NCBI RefSeq assembly: GCF_009914755.1
Contig: NC_060926.1
Strand: one strand, 5' to 3'
DNA: 64,000 nt
Origin: the human T2T-CHM13v2.0 reference genome, Homo sapiens
The position numbers were made by a program, and so were the translations under genes. The notes beneath the pieces are model-generated. The model did not search any database and was not told the origin of the DNA. It saw only the letters and a program-made list of their open reading frames with translations. Positions 14,001 through 26,000 of this stretch are shown here, in pieces (within the stretch, counting starts at the first letter, position 1; each line of letters starts with the position of its first letter).

Positions 14001-17000
14001 CCAGCCAAGCCAGGCAGCAAGCAAAGCCAGGCAGGCCAGCCAAGCCAGCTAGGCAGCCAAGCCAGAAAAACCAGCCAGCCAGCCAAGCCAGGCATGCAGG
14101 CCAAGCCATCCAGCCGGCTAAGCCAGCTGGCCAGCCAAGCCAGACAAGCCACCCGGCCATCCAAGCCATCCAGCCAACTAAGCCAGCCGGCTAGCCAAGC
14201 CAGCCAAGCCAGCCAACCAGCCAAGCCAGCCAGCTAGCCAAGCTACCCAGCCAGCAAGCTAGCCAAACCAGCCAAGCCACCCAGCCAGCCAAGCCACCCA
14301 GCCGGCCAAGCCAGCCAAGCCAATCAGCAGCCAGGCAGCCAGCCACCCAAGCCAGCCAAGCCAGCCAAGCCAGCCAAGCCAGCCAGCCACCCAGCCAGCC
14401 AAGCCAGCCAAGCCACCCAGCCAGCCAAGCCAGCCAAGCCACCCAGCCAGCCAAGCCAGCCAAGCCAACCAGACAGCCAAGCCAGCCAAGCCACCTAGCC
14501 AGCCAGGCCCGCCAGCCAGCCAGCCAGCTAGCCAAGCCAGCCAAGCCAGCCAGGCAGCCAAGCCAGCCAAGCCAGTCAAGCCCGCCAGCCAGCCAAGACA
14601 GGCATGCCAGCCAAGCCAGCCAGGCAGCCAAGCCAGCCAAGCCAGGCAGCAAGCAAAGCCAGGCAGGCCAGCCAAGCCAGCCAGGCAGCCAAGCCAGCAA
14701 AACCAGCCAGCCAGCCAAGCCAGGCATGCCAGCCAATCCATCCAGCCGGCTAAGCCACCTGGCCAGCCAAGCCAGACAAGCCACCCGGCCATCCAAGCCA
14801 GCCAGCCAAGCCAGCCAAGCCAGCCAAGTCAGTCAACCAGCCAGCCAGCCAAGCCAGCCAAGCCTCCCAGCCAGCAAAACCAGCCAAGCCACCCAGACAG
14901 CCAAGCCAGCCAAGCCACCTAGCCAGCCAGGCCCAACAGCCAGCCAGCCAGCTAGCCAAGCCAGCCAAGCCAGCCAGGCAGCCAAGCCAGCCAAGCCAGT
15001 CAAGCCCGCCAGCCAGCCAAGACAGGCATGCCAGCCAAGCCAGCCAGGCAGCCAAGCCAGCCAAGCCAGGCAACAAGCAAAGCCAGGCAGGCCAGCCAAG
15101 CCAGCCAGGCAGCCAAGCCAGCAAAACCAGCCAGCCATCCAAGCCAGGCATGCCAGCCAAGCCATCCAGCCGGCTAAGCCACCTGGCCAGCCAAGCCAGA
15201 CAAGCCACCCGGCCATCCAAGCCAGCCAGCCAAGCCAGCCAAGCCAGCCAAGTCAGTCAACCAGCCAGCCAGCCAAGCCAGCCAAGCCTCCCAGCCAGCA
15301 AAACCAGCCAAGCCACCCAGACAGCCAAGCCAGCCAAGCCACCTAGCCAGCCAGGCCCGCCAGCCAGCCAGCCAGCTAGCCAAGCCAGCCAAGCCAGCCA
15401 GGCAGCCAAGCCAGCCAAGCCAGTCAAGCCCGCCCGCCAGCCAAGACAGGCATGCCAGCCAAGCCAGCCAGGCAGCCAAGCCAGCCAAGCCAGGCAGCAA
15501 GCAAAGCCAGGCAGGCCAGCCAAGCCAGCGAGGCAGCCAAGCCAGCAAAACCAGCCAGCCAGCCAAGCCAGGCATGCCAGCCAAGCCATCCAGCCGGCTA
15601 AGCCAGCTGGCCAGGCAAGCCAGACAAGCCACCCGGCCATCCAAGCCAGCCAGCCAAGCCAGCCAAGCCAGCCAAGCCAGCCAAGTCAGTCAACCAGCCA
15701 GCCAGCCAAGCCAGCCAAGCCTCCCAGCCAGCAAAACCAGCCAAGCCACCCAGCCAGCCAAGCCAGCCAAGCCACCTAGCCAGCCAGGCCCGCCAGCCAG
15801 CCAGCCAGCGAGCCAAGCCAGCCAAGCCAGCCAGCCTGCCAAGCCAGCCGGCCAGCCAAGCTAGGCAATCCACTCAGCCACTCAAGCCAGCCAAGTCACC
15901 CGACCATCCAAGCCAGCCAAGCCAGTCAGCCAGCCCAGACAGCCAAGCCAGCCAAGCCAGCCAAGCCCGCCAACCAGCCAAGACAGGCAAGCTAGCCAAG
16001 CCAGCCAGGCAGCCAAGCCAGCCAAGCCAGCCAGCAAGCAAAGCCAGGCATGTCAGCCAAGCCAGCCAGGCAGCCAAGCCAGCCAAGCCAGCCAGCCAGC
16101 CAAGCCAGGCATGCCAGCCAAGCCATCCAGCCAACTAAGCCAGCCGGCTAGCCAAGCCAGCCAAGCCAGCCAAGCAGCCAAGCCAGACAGCTAGCCAAGC
16201 TACCCAGCCAGCCAGCTAGCCAAACCAGCCAAGCCACCCAGCCAGCCAAGCCACCCAGCCAGCCAAGCCAGCCAAGCCAATCAGCCAGCCAGGCAGCCAG
16301 CCACCCAAGCCAGCCAAGCCAGCCAAGCCAGCCAAGCCAGCCAGCCACCCAGCCAGCCAAGCCTCCCAGCCAGCCAAGCCAGCCAAGCCTCCCAGCCAGC
16401 CAAGCCAGCCAAGCCACCCAGACAGCCAAGCCAGCCAAGCCACCTAGCCAGCCAGGCCCGCCAGCCAGCCAGCCAGCTAGCCAAGCCAGCCAAGCCAGCC
16501 AGGCAGCCAAGCCAGCCAAGCCAGTCAAGCCCGCCAGCCAGCCAAGACAGGCATGCCAGCCAAGCCAGCCAGGCAGCCAAGCCAGCCAAGCCAGGCAGCA
16601 AGCAAAGCCAGGCAGGCCAGCCAAGCCACCCAGGCAGGCAAGCCAGCAAAACCAGCCAGCCAGCCAAGCCAGGCATGCCAGCCAAGCCATCCAGCCGGCT
16701 AAGCCAGCTGGCCAGCCAAGCCAGACAAGCCACCCGGCCATCCAAGCCAGCCAAGCCAGTCAGCCAGCCCAGACAGCCAAGCCAGCCAAGCCAGCCAAGC
16801 CAGCCAAGCCCGCCAACCAGCCAAGACAGGCATGCTAGCCAAGCCAGCCAGGCAGCCAAGCCAGCCAGGCAGCCAAGCCAGCCAAGCCAGCCAGCAAGCA
16901 AAACCAGGCATGTCAGCCAAGCCAGCCAGGCAGCCAAGCCAGCCACGCCAGCCAGCCAGCCAAGCCAGGCATGCCAGCCAAGCCATCCAACCAACTAAGC

Positions 17001-20000
17001 CAGCCGGCTAGCCAAGCCAGCCAAGCCAGCCAACCAGCCAAGCCAGCCAGCTAGCCAAGCTACCCAGCCAGCCATCTAGCCAAGCCAGCCAAGCCACCCA
17101 GCCAGCCAAGCCACCCAGCCAGCCAAGCCAGCCAAGCCAATCAGCCAGCCAGGCAGCCAGCCCCCCAAGCCAGCCAAGCCAGCCAGCCACCCAGCCAGCC
17201 AAGCCAGCCAAGCCACCCAGCCAGCCAACCCAGCCAAGCCACCCAGCCAGCCAAGCCAGCCAAGCCTCCCAGCCAGCCAAGCCAGCCAAGCCTCCCAGCC
17301 AGCCAAGCCAGCCAAGCCACCTAGCCAGCCAGGCCCGCCAGCCAGCCAGCCAGCTAGCCAAGCCAGCCAAGCCAGCCAGGCAGCCAAGCCAGCCAAGCCA
17401 GTCAAGCCCGCAAGCCAGCCAAGACAGGCATGCCAGCCAAGCCAGCCAGGCAGCCAAGCCAGCCAAGCCAGGCAGCAAGCAAAGCCAGGCAGGCCAGCCA
17501 AGCCAGCTAGGCAGCCAAGCCAGAAAAACCAGCCAGCCAGCCAAGCCAGGCATGCCAGCCAAGCCATCCAGCCGGCTAAGCCAGCTGGCCAGCCAAGCCA
17601 GACAAGCCACCCGGCCATCCAAGGCAGCCAGCCAAACCAGCCAAGCCAGCCAAGCCAGCCAAGTCAGTCAGCCAGCCAGCCAGCCAAGCCAGCCAAGCCT
17701 CCCAGCCAGCAAAACCAGCCAAGCCACCCAGCCAGCCAAGCCAGCCAAGCCACCTAGCCAGCCAGGCCCGCCAGCCAGCCAGCCAGCGAGCCAAGCCAGC
17801 CAAGCCAGCCAGCCTGCCAAGCCAGCCGGCCAGCCAAGCTAGGCAATCCAGTCAGCCACTCAAGCCAGCCAAGTCACCCGACCATCCAAGCCAGCCAAGC
17901 CAGTCAGCCAGCCCAGACAGCCAAGGCAGCCAAGCCAGCCAAGCCAGCCAAGCCCGCCAACCAGCCAAGACAGGCATGCTAGCCAAGCCAGCCAGGCAGC
18001 CAAGCCAGCCAGGCAGCCAAGCCAGCCAAGCCAGCCAGCAAGCAAAACCAGGCATGTCAGCCAAGCCAGCCAGGCAGCCAAGCCAGCCAAGCCAGTCAAG
18101 CCCGCCAGCCAGCCAAGACAGGCATGCCAGCCAAGCCAGCCAGGCAGCCAAGCCAGCCAAGCCAGGCAGCAAGCAAAGCCAGGCAGGCCAGCCAAGCCAG
18201 CTAGGCAGCCAAGCCAGCAAAACCAGCCAGCCAGCCAAGCCAGGCATGCCAGCCAAGCCATCCAGCCGGCTAAGGCAGCTGGCCAGCCAAGCCAGACAAG
18301 CCACCCGGCCATCCAAGCCAGCCAGCCAAACCAGCCAAGCCAGCCAAGCCAGCCAAGTCAGTCAGCCAGCCAGCCAGCCAAGCCAGCCAAGCCCCACAGC
18401 CAGCAAAACCAGCCAAGCCACCCAGCCAGCCAAGCCAGCGAAGCCACCTAGCCAGCCAGGCCCGCCAGCCAGCCAGCCAGCGAGCCAAGCCAGCCAAGCC
18501 AGCCAGCCTGCCAAGCCAGCCGGCCAGCCCAGCTAGGCAATCCACTCAGCCACTCAAGCCAGCCAAGTCACCCGACCATCCAAGCCAGCCAAGCCAGTCA
18601 GCCAGCCCAGACAGCCAAGCCAGCCAATCCAGCCAAGCCAGCCAAGCCCGCCAACCAGCCAAGACAGGCATGCTAGCCAAGCCAGCCAGGCAGCCAAGCC
18701 AGCCAGGCAGCCAAGCCAGCCAAGCCAGCCAGCAAGCAAAGCCAGGCATGTCAGCCAAGCCAGCCAGGCAGCCAAGCCAGCCAAGCCAGCCAGCCAGCCA
18801 AGCCAGGCATGCCAGCCAAGCCATCCAGCCAACTAAGCCAGCCGGCTAGCCAAGCCAGCCATGTCAGCCAACCAGCCAAGCCAGCCAGCTAGCCAAGCTA
18901 CCCAGCCAGCCAGCTAGCCAAACCAGCCAAGCCACCCAGCCAGCCAAGCCACCCAGCCAGCCAAGCCAGCCAAACCAATCAGCCAGCCAAGCCAGCCAAG
19001 CCAGCCAGCCACCCAGCCAGCCAAGCCTCCCAGCCAGCAAAGCCAGCCAAGCCTCCCACCCAGGCAAGCCATCCAAGCCACCAAGCCAGCCAAGCCAGCC
19101 AAGCCACCTAGCCAGCCAGGCCTGCCAGCCAGCCAGCCAGCTAGCCAAGCCAGCCAAGCCAGCCAGGCAGCCAAGCCAGCCAAGCCAGTCAAGCCAGCCA
19201 GCCAGCCAAGACAGGCATGCCAGCCAAGCCAGCCAGGCAGCCAAGCCAGCCAAGCCAGGCAGCAAGCAAAGCCAGGCAGGCCAGCCAAGCCAGCTAGGCA
19301 GCCAAGCCAGAAAACCAGCCAGCCAGCCAAGCCAGGCATGCCAGCCAAGCCATCCAGCCGGCTAAGCCAGCTGGCCAGCCAAGCCAGACAAGCCACCCGG
19401 CCATCCAAGCCAGCCAGCCAAGCCAGCGAAGCCAGCCAAGTCAGTCAGCCAGCCAGCCAGCCAAGCCAGCCAAGCCAGCCAAGCCTCCCAGCCAGCAAAA
19501 CCAGCCAAGCCACCTAGCCAGCCAGGACCGCCAGCCAGCCAGCCAGCTAGCCAAGCCAGCCAAGCCACCCAGGCAGCCAGCCACCCAAGCCAGCCAAGCC
19601 AGCCAAGCCAGCCAAGCCAGCCAGCCACCCAGCCAGCCAAGCCAGCCAAGCCTCCCAGGCAGCCAAGCCAGCCAAGCCACCCAGCCAGCCAAGCCAGCCA
19701 AGCCACCTAGCCAGCCAGGCCCGCCAGCCAGCCAGCCAGCTAGCCAAGCCGGCTAAGCCAGCCAGGCAGCCAAGCCAGCCAAGCCAGTCAAGCCCGCCAG
19801 CCAGCCAAGACAGGCATGCCAGCCAAGCCAGCCAGGCAGCCAAGCCAGCCAAGCCAGGCAGCAAGCAAAGCCAGGCAGGCCAGCCAAGCCAGCTAGGCAG
19901 CCAAGCCAGAAAAACCAGCCACCCAGCCAAGCCAGGCATGCCAGCCAAGCCATCCAGCCGGCTAAGCCAGCTGGCCAGCCAAGCCAGACAAGCCACCCGG

Positions 20001-23000
20001 CCATCCAAGCCAGCCAGCCAAGCCAGCCAAGCCAGCCAAGTCAGTCAGCCAGCCAGCCAGCCAAGCCAGCCAAGCCTCCCAGCCAGCAAAACCAGCCAAG
20101 CCACCCAGCCAGCCAAGCCAGCCAAGCCACCTAGCCAGCCAGGCCCGCCAGCCAGCCAGCCAGCCAGCCAGCGAGCCAAGCCAGCCAAGCCAGCCAGCCT
20201 GCCAAGCCAGCCGGCCAGCCAAGCTAGGCAATCCACTCAGCCACTCAAGCCAGCCAAGTCACCCGACCATCCAAGCCAGCCAAGCCAGTCAGCCAGCCCA
20301 GACAGCCAAGCCAGCCAAGCCAGCCAAGCCAGCCAATCCAGCCAAGGCAGCCAAGCCCGCCAACCAGCCAAGACAGGCATGCTAGCCAAGCCAGCCAGGA
20401 AGCCAAGCCAGCCAAGCCAGCCAGCAAGCAAAGCCAGGCATGTCAGCCAAGCCAGCCAGGCAGCCAAGCCAGCCACGCCAGCCAGCCAGCCAAGCCAGGC
20501 TTGCCAGCCAAGCCATCCAGCCAACTAAGCCAGCCAGCTAGCCAAGCCAGCCAAGCCAGTCAACCAGCCAAGCCAGCCAGCTAGCCAAGCTACCCAGCCA
20601 GCCAGCTAGCCAAGCCAGCCAAGCCACCCAGCCAGCCAAGCCACGCAGCCAGCCAAGCCAGCCAAGCCAATCAGCCAGCCAGGCAGCCAGCCACCCAAGC
20701 CAGCCAAGCCAGCCAAGCCAGCCAAGCCAGCCAGCCACCCAGCCAGCCAAGCCAGCCAAGCCACCCAGCCAGCCAAGCTAGCCAAGCCTCCCAGCCAGCC
20801 AAGCCAGCCAAGCCACCAAGCCAGCCAAGCCAGCCAAGCCTCCCAGCCAGCCAAGCCAGCCAAGCCTCCCAGCCAGCCAAGCCAGCCAAGCCACCTAACC
20901 AGCCAGGACCGCCAGCCAGCCAGCCAGCTAGCCAACCCAGCCAAGCCAGCCAGGCAGCCAGCCACCAGAGCCACCCAAGCCAGCCAAGCCAGCCAAGCCA
21001 GCCAGCCACCCAGCCAGCCAAGCCAGCCAAGCCACCCAGCCAGCCAAGCCAGCCAAGCCTCCCAGCCAGCCAAGCCAGCCAAGCCACCCAGCCAGCCAAG
21101 CCAGCCAAGCCTCCCAGCCAGCCAAGCCAGCCAAGCCTCCCAGCCAGCCAAGCCAGCCAAGCCACCTAGCCAGCCAGGCCCGCCAGCCAGCCAGCCAGCT
21201 GGCCAAGCCAGCCAAGCCAGCCAGGCAGCCAAGCCAGCCAAGCCAGTCAAGCCCGCCAGCCAGCCAAGACAGGCATGCCAGCCAAGCCAGCCAGGCAGCC
21301 AAGCCAGCCAAGCCAGGCAGCAAGCAAAGCCAGGCAGGCCAGCCAAGCCAGCTAGGCAGCCAAGCCAGAAAAACCAGCCAGCCAGCCAAGCCAGGCATGC
21401 CAGCCAAGCCATCCAGCCGACTAAGCCAGCTGGCCAGCCAAGCCAGACAAGCCACCCGGCCATCCAAGCCAGCCAGCCAAACCAGCCAAGCCAGCCAAGC
21501 CAGCCAAGTCAGTCAGCCAGCCAGCCAGCCAAAACAGCCAAGCCTCACAGCCAGCAAAACCAGCCAAGCCACCCAGCCAGCCAAGCCAGCCAAGCCACCT
21601 AGCCAGCCAGGCCCGCCAGCCAGCCAGCCAGCGAGCCAAGCCAGCCAAGCCAGCCAGCCTGCCAAGCCAGCCGGCCAGCCAAGCTAGGCAATCCACTCAG
21701 CCACTCAAGCCAGCCAAGTCACCCGACCATCCAAGCCAGCCAAGCCAGTCAGCCAGCCCAGACAGCCAAGCCAGCCAAGCCAGCCAAGCCAGCCAAGCCC
21801 GCCAACCAGCCAAGACAGGCATGCTAGCCAAGCCAGCCAGGCAGCCAAGCCAGCCAGGCAGCCAAGCCAGCCAAGCCAGACAGCAAGCAAAGCCAGGCAT
21901 GTCAGCCAAGCCAGCCAGGCAGCCAAGCCAGCCAAGCCAGCCAGCCAGCCAAGCCAGGCATGCCAGCCAAGCCGGCCAGCCAACTAAGCCAGCCGGCTAG
22001 CCAAGCCAGCCAAGTCAGCCAACCATCCAAGCCAGCCAGCTAGCCAAGCTACCCAGCCAGCCAGCTAGCCAAACCAGCCAAGCCACCCAGCCAGCCAAGC
22101 CACCAAGCCAGCCAAGCCAGCCAAGCCAATCAGCCAGCCAGGCAGCCAGCCACCCAAGCCAGCCAAGCCAGCCAAGCCAGCCAAGCCAGCCAGCCACCCA
22201 GCCAGCCAAGCCTCCCAGACAGCCAAGCCAGCCAAGCCTCCCAGCCAGCGAAGCCAGCCAAGCCACCCAGCCAGCCAAGCCAGCCAAGCCACCTAGCCAG
22301 CCAGGCCCGCCAGCCAGCCAGCCAGCTAGCCAAGCCAGCCAAGCCAGCCAGGCAGCCAAGCCAGCCAAGCCAGTCAAGCCCGCCAGCCAGCCAAGACAGG
22401 CATGCCAGCCAAGCCAGCCAGGCAGCCAAGCCAGCCAAGCCAGGCAGCAAGCAAAGCCAGGCAGGCCAGCCAAGCCAGCCAGGCAGCCAAGCCAGCAAAA
22501 CCAGCCAGCCAGCCAAGCCAGGCATGCCAGCCAAGCCATCCAGCCGGCTAAGCCAGCTGGCCAGCCAAGCCAGACAAGCCACCCGGCCATCCAAGCCAGC
22601 CAGCCAAGCCAGCCAAGCCAGCCAAGTCAGTCAACCAGCCAGCCAGCCAAGCCAGCCAAGCCTCCCAGCCAGCAAAACCAGCCAAGCCACCCAGACAGCC
22701 AGGCCCGCCAGCCAAGCCACCTAGCCAGCCAGGCCCGCCAGCCAGCCAGCCAGCTAGCCAAGCCAGCCAAGCCAGCCAGGCAGCCAAGCCAGCCAACCCA
22801 GTCAAGCCCGCCCGGCAGCCAAGACAGGCATGCCAGCCAAGCCAGCCAGGCAGCCAAGCCAGCCAAGCCAGGCAGCAAGCAAAGCCAGGCAGGCCAGCCA
22901 AGCCAGCTAGGCAGCCAAGCCAGCAAAACCAGCCAGCCAGCCAAGCCAGGCATGCCAGCCAAGCCATCCAGCCGGCTAAGCCAGCTGGCCAGCCAAGCCA

Positions 23001-26000
23001 GACAAGCCACCCGGCCATCCAAGCCAGCCAGCCAAGCCAGCCAAGCCAGCCAAGCCAGCCAAGTCAGTCAACCAGCCAGCCAGCCAAGCCAGCCAAGCCT
23101 CCCAGCCAGCAAAACCAGCCAAGCCACCCAGACAGCCAAGCCAGCCAAGCCACCTAGCCAGCCAGGCCCGCCAGCCAGCCAGCCAGCGAGCCAAGCCAGC
23201 CAAGCCAGCCAGCCTGCCAAGCCAGCCGGCCAGCCAAGCTAGGCAATCCACTCAGCCACTCAAGCCAGCCAAGTCACCCGACCATCCAAGCCAGCCAAGC
23301 CAGTCAGCCAGCCCGGACAGCCAAGCCAGCCAAGCCAGCCAAGCCCGCCAACCAGCCAAGACAGGCATGCTAGCCAAGCCAGCCAGGCAGCCAAGCCAGC
23401 AAAGCCAGCCAGCAAGCAAAGCCAGGCATGTCAGCCAACCAGCCAGGCAGCCAAGCCAGCCAAGCCAGCCAGCCAGCCAAGCCAGGCATGCCAGCCAAGC
23501 CATCCAGCCAACTAAGCCAGCCGGCTAGCCAAGCCAGCCAAGCCAGCCAAGCAGCCAAGCCAGCCAGCCAAGCCAGCCAAGCCAGCCAAGTCAGTCAGCC
23601 AGCCAGCCAGCCAAGCCAGCCAAGCCTCCCAGCCAGCAAAACCAGCCAAGCCACCCAGCCAGCCAAGCCAGCCAAGCCACCTAGCCAGCCAGGCCCGCCA
23701 GCCAGCCAGCCAGCCAGCCAGCGAGCCAAGCCAGCCAAGTCAGCCAGCCTGCCAAGCCAGCCGGCCAGCCAAGCTAGGCAATCCACTCAGCCACTCAAGC
23801 CAGCCAAGTCACCCGACCATCCAAGCCAGCCAAGCCAGTCAGCCAGCCCAGACAGCCAAGCCAGCCAAGCCAGCCAAGCCAGCCAAGTCCGCCAACCAGC
23901 CAAGACAGGCATGCTAGCCAAGCCAGCCAGGCAGCCAAGCCAGCCAGGCAGCCAAGCCAGCCAAGCCAGACAGCAAGCAAAGCCAGGCATGTCAGCCAAG
24001 CCAGCCAGGCAGCCAAGCCAGCCACGCCAGCCAGCCAGCCAAGCCAGGCATGCCAGCCAAGCCATCCAGCCAACTAAGCCAGCTGGCTAGCCAAGCCAGC
24101 CAAGCCAGCCAACCAGCCAAGCCAGCCAGCTAGCCAAGCTACCCAGCCAGCCAGCTAGCCAAACCAGCCAAGCCACCCAGCCAGCCAAGCCACCAAGCCA
24201 GCCAAGCCAGCCAAGCCAATCAGCCAGCCAGGCAGCCAGCCACCCAAGCCAGCCAAGCCAGCCAAGCCAGCCAAGCCAGCCAGCCACCCAGCCAGCCAAG
24301 CCTCCCAGCCAGCCAAGCCGGCCAAGCCTCCCAGCCAGCCAAGCCAGCCAAGCCACCCAGACAGCCAAGCCAGCCAAGCCACCTAGCCAGCCAGGCCCGT
24401 CAGCCAGCCAGCCAGCTAGCCAAGCCAGCCATTCCAGCCAGGCAGCCAAGCCAGCCAAGCCAGTCAAGCCCGCCAGCCAGCCAAGACAGGCATGCCAGCC
24501 AAGCCAGCCAGGCAGCCAAGCCAGCCAAGCCAGGCAGCAAGCAAAGCCAGGCAGGCCAGCCAAGCCAGCCAGGCAGCCAAGCCAGCAAAACCAGCCAGCC
24601 AGCCAAGCCAGGCATGCCACCCAAGCCATCCAGCCGGCTAAGCCAGCTGGCCAGCCAAGCCAGACAAGCCACCCGGCCATCCAAGCCAGCCAGCCAAGCC
24701 AGCCAAGCCAGCCAAGTCAGTCAACCAGCCAGCCAGCCAAGCCAGCCAAGCCTCCCAGCCAGCAAAACCAGCCAAGCCACCCAGACAGCCAAGCCAGCCA
24801 AGCCACCTAGCCAGCCAGGCCCGCCAGCCAGCCAGCCAGCTAGCCAAGCCAGCCAAGCCAGCCAGGCAGCCAAGCCAGCCAACCCAGTCAAGCCCGCCCG
24901 TCAGCCAAGACAGGCATGCCAGCCAAGCCAGCCAGGCAGCCAAGCCAGCCAAGCCAGGCAGCAAGCAAAGCCAGGCAGGCCAGCCAAGCCAGCTAGGCAG
25001 CCAAGCCAGAAAAACCAGCCAGCCAGCCAAGCCAGGCATGCCAGCCAAGCCATCCAGCCGGCTAAGCCAGCTGGCCAGCCAAGCCAGACAAGCCACCCGG
25101 CCATCCAAGCCAGCCAGCCAAGCCAGCCAAGCCAGCCAAGCCAGCCAAGTCAGTCAGCCAGCCAGCCAGCCAAGCCAGCCAAGCCTCCCAGCCAGCAAAA
25201 CCAGCCAAGCCACCCAGCCAGCCAAGCCAGCCAAGCCACCTAGCCAGCCAGGCCCGCCAGCCAGCCAGCCAGCCAGCCAGCGAGCCAAGCCAGCCAAGCC
25301 AGCCAGCCTGCCAAGCCAGCCGGCCAGCCAAGCTAGGCAATCCACTCAGCCACTCAAGCCAGCCAAGTCACCCGACCATCCAAGCCAGCCAAGCCAGTCA
25401 GCCAGCCCAGACAGCCAAGCCAGCCAAGCCAGCCAAGCCAGCCAATCCAGCCAAGGCAGCCAAGCCCGCCAACCAGCCAAGACAGGCATGCTAGCCAAGC
25501 CAGCCAGGAAGCCAAGCCAGCCAAGCCAGCCAGCAAGCAAAGCCAGGCATGTCAGCCAAGCCAGCCAGGCAGCCAAGCCAGCCACGCCAGCCAGCCAGCC
25601 AAGCCAGGCTTGCCAGCCAAGCCATCCAGCCAACTAAGCCAGCCAGCTAGCCAAGCCAGCCAAGCCAGTCAACCAGCCAAGCCAGCCAGCTAGCCAAGCT
25701 ACCCAGCCAGCCAGCTAGCCAAGCCAGCCAAGCCACCCAGCCAGCCAAGCCACGCAGCCAGCCAAGCCAGCCAAGCCAATCAGCCAGCCAGGCAGCCAGC
25801 CACCCAAGCCAGCCAAGCCAGCCAAGCCAGCCAAGCCAGCCAGCCACCCAGCCAGCCAAGCCAGCCAAGCCACCCAGCCAGCCAAGCTAGCCAAGCCTCC
25901 CAGCCAGCCAAGCCAGCCAAGCCACCAAGCCAGCCAAGCCAGCCAAGCCTCCCAGCCAGCCAAGCCAGCCAAGCCTCCCAGCCAGCCAAGCCAGCCAAGC

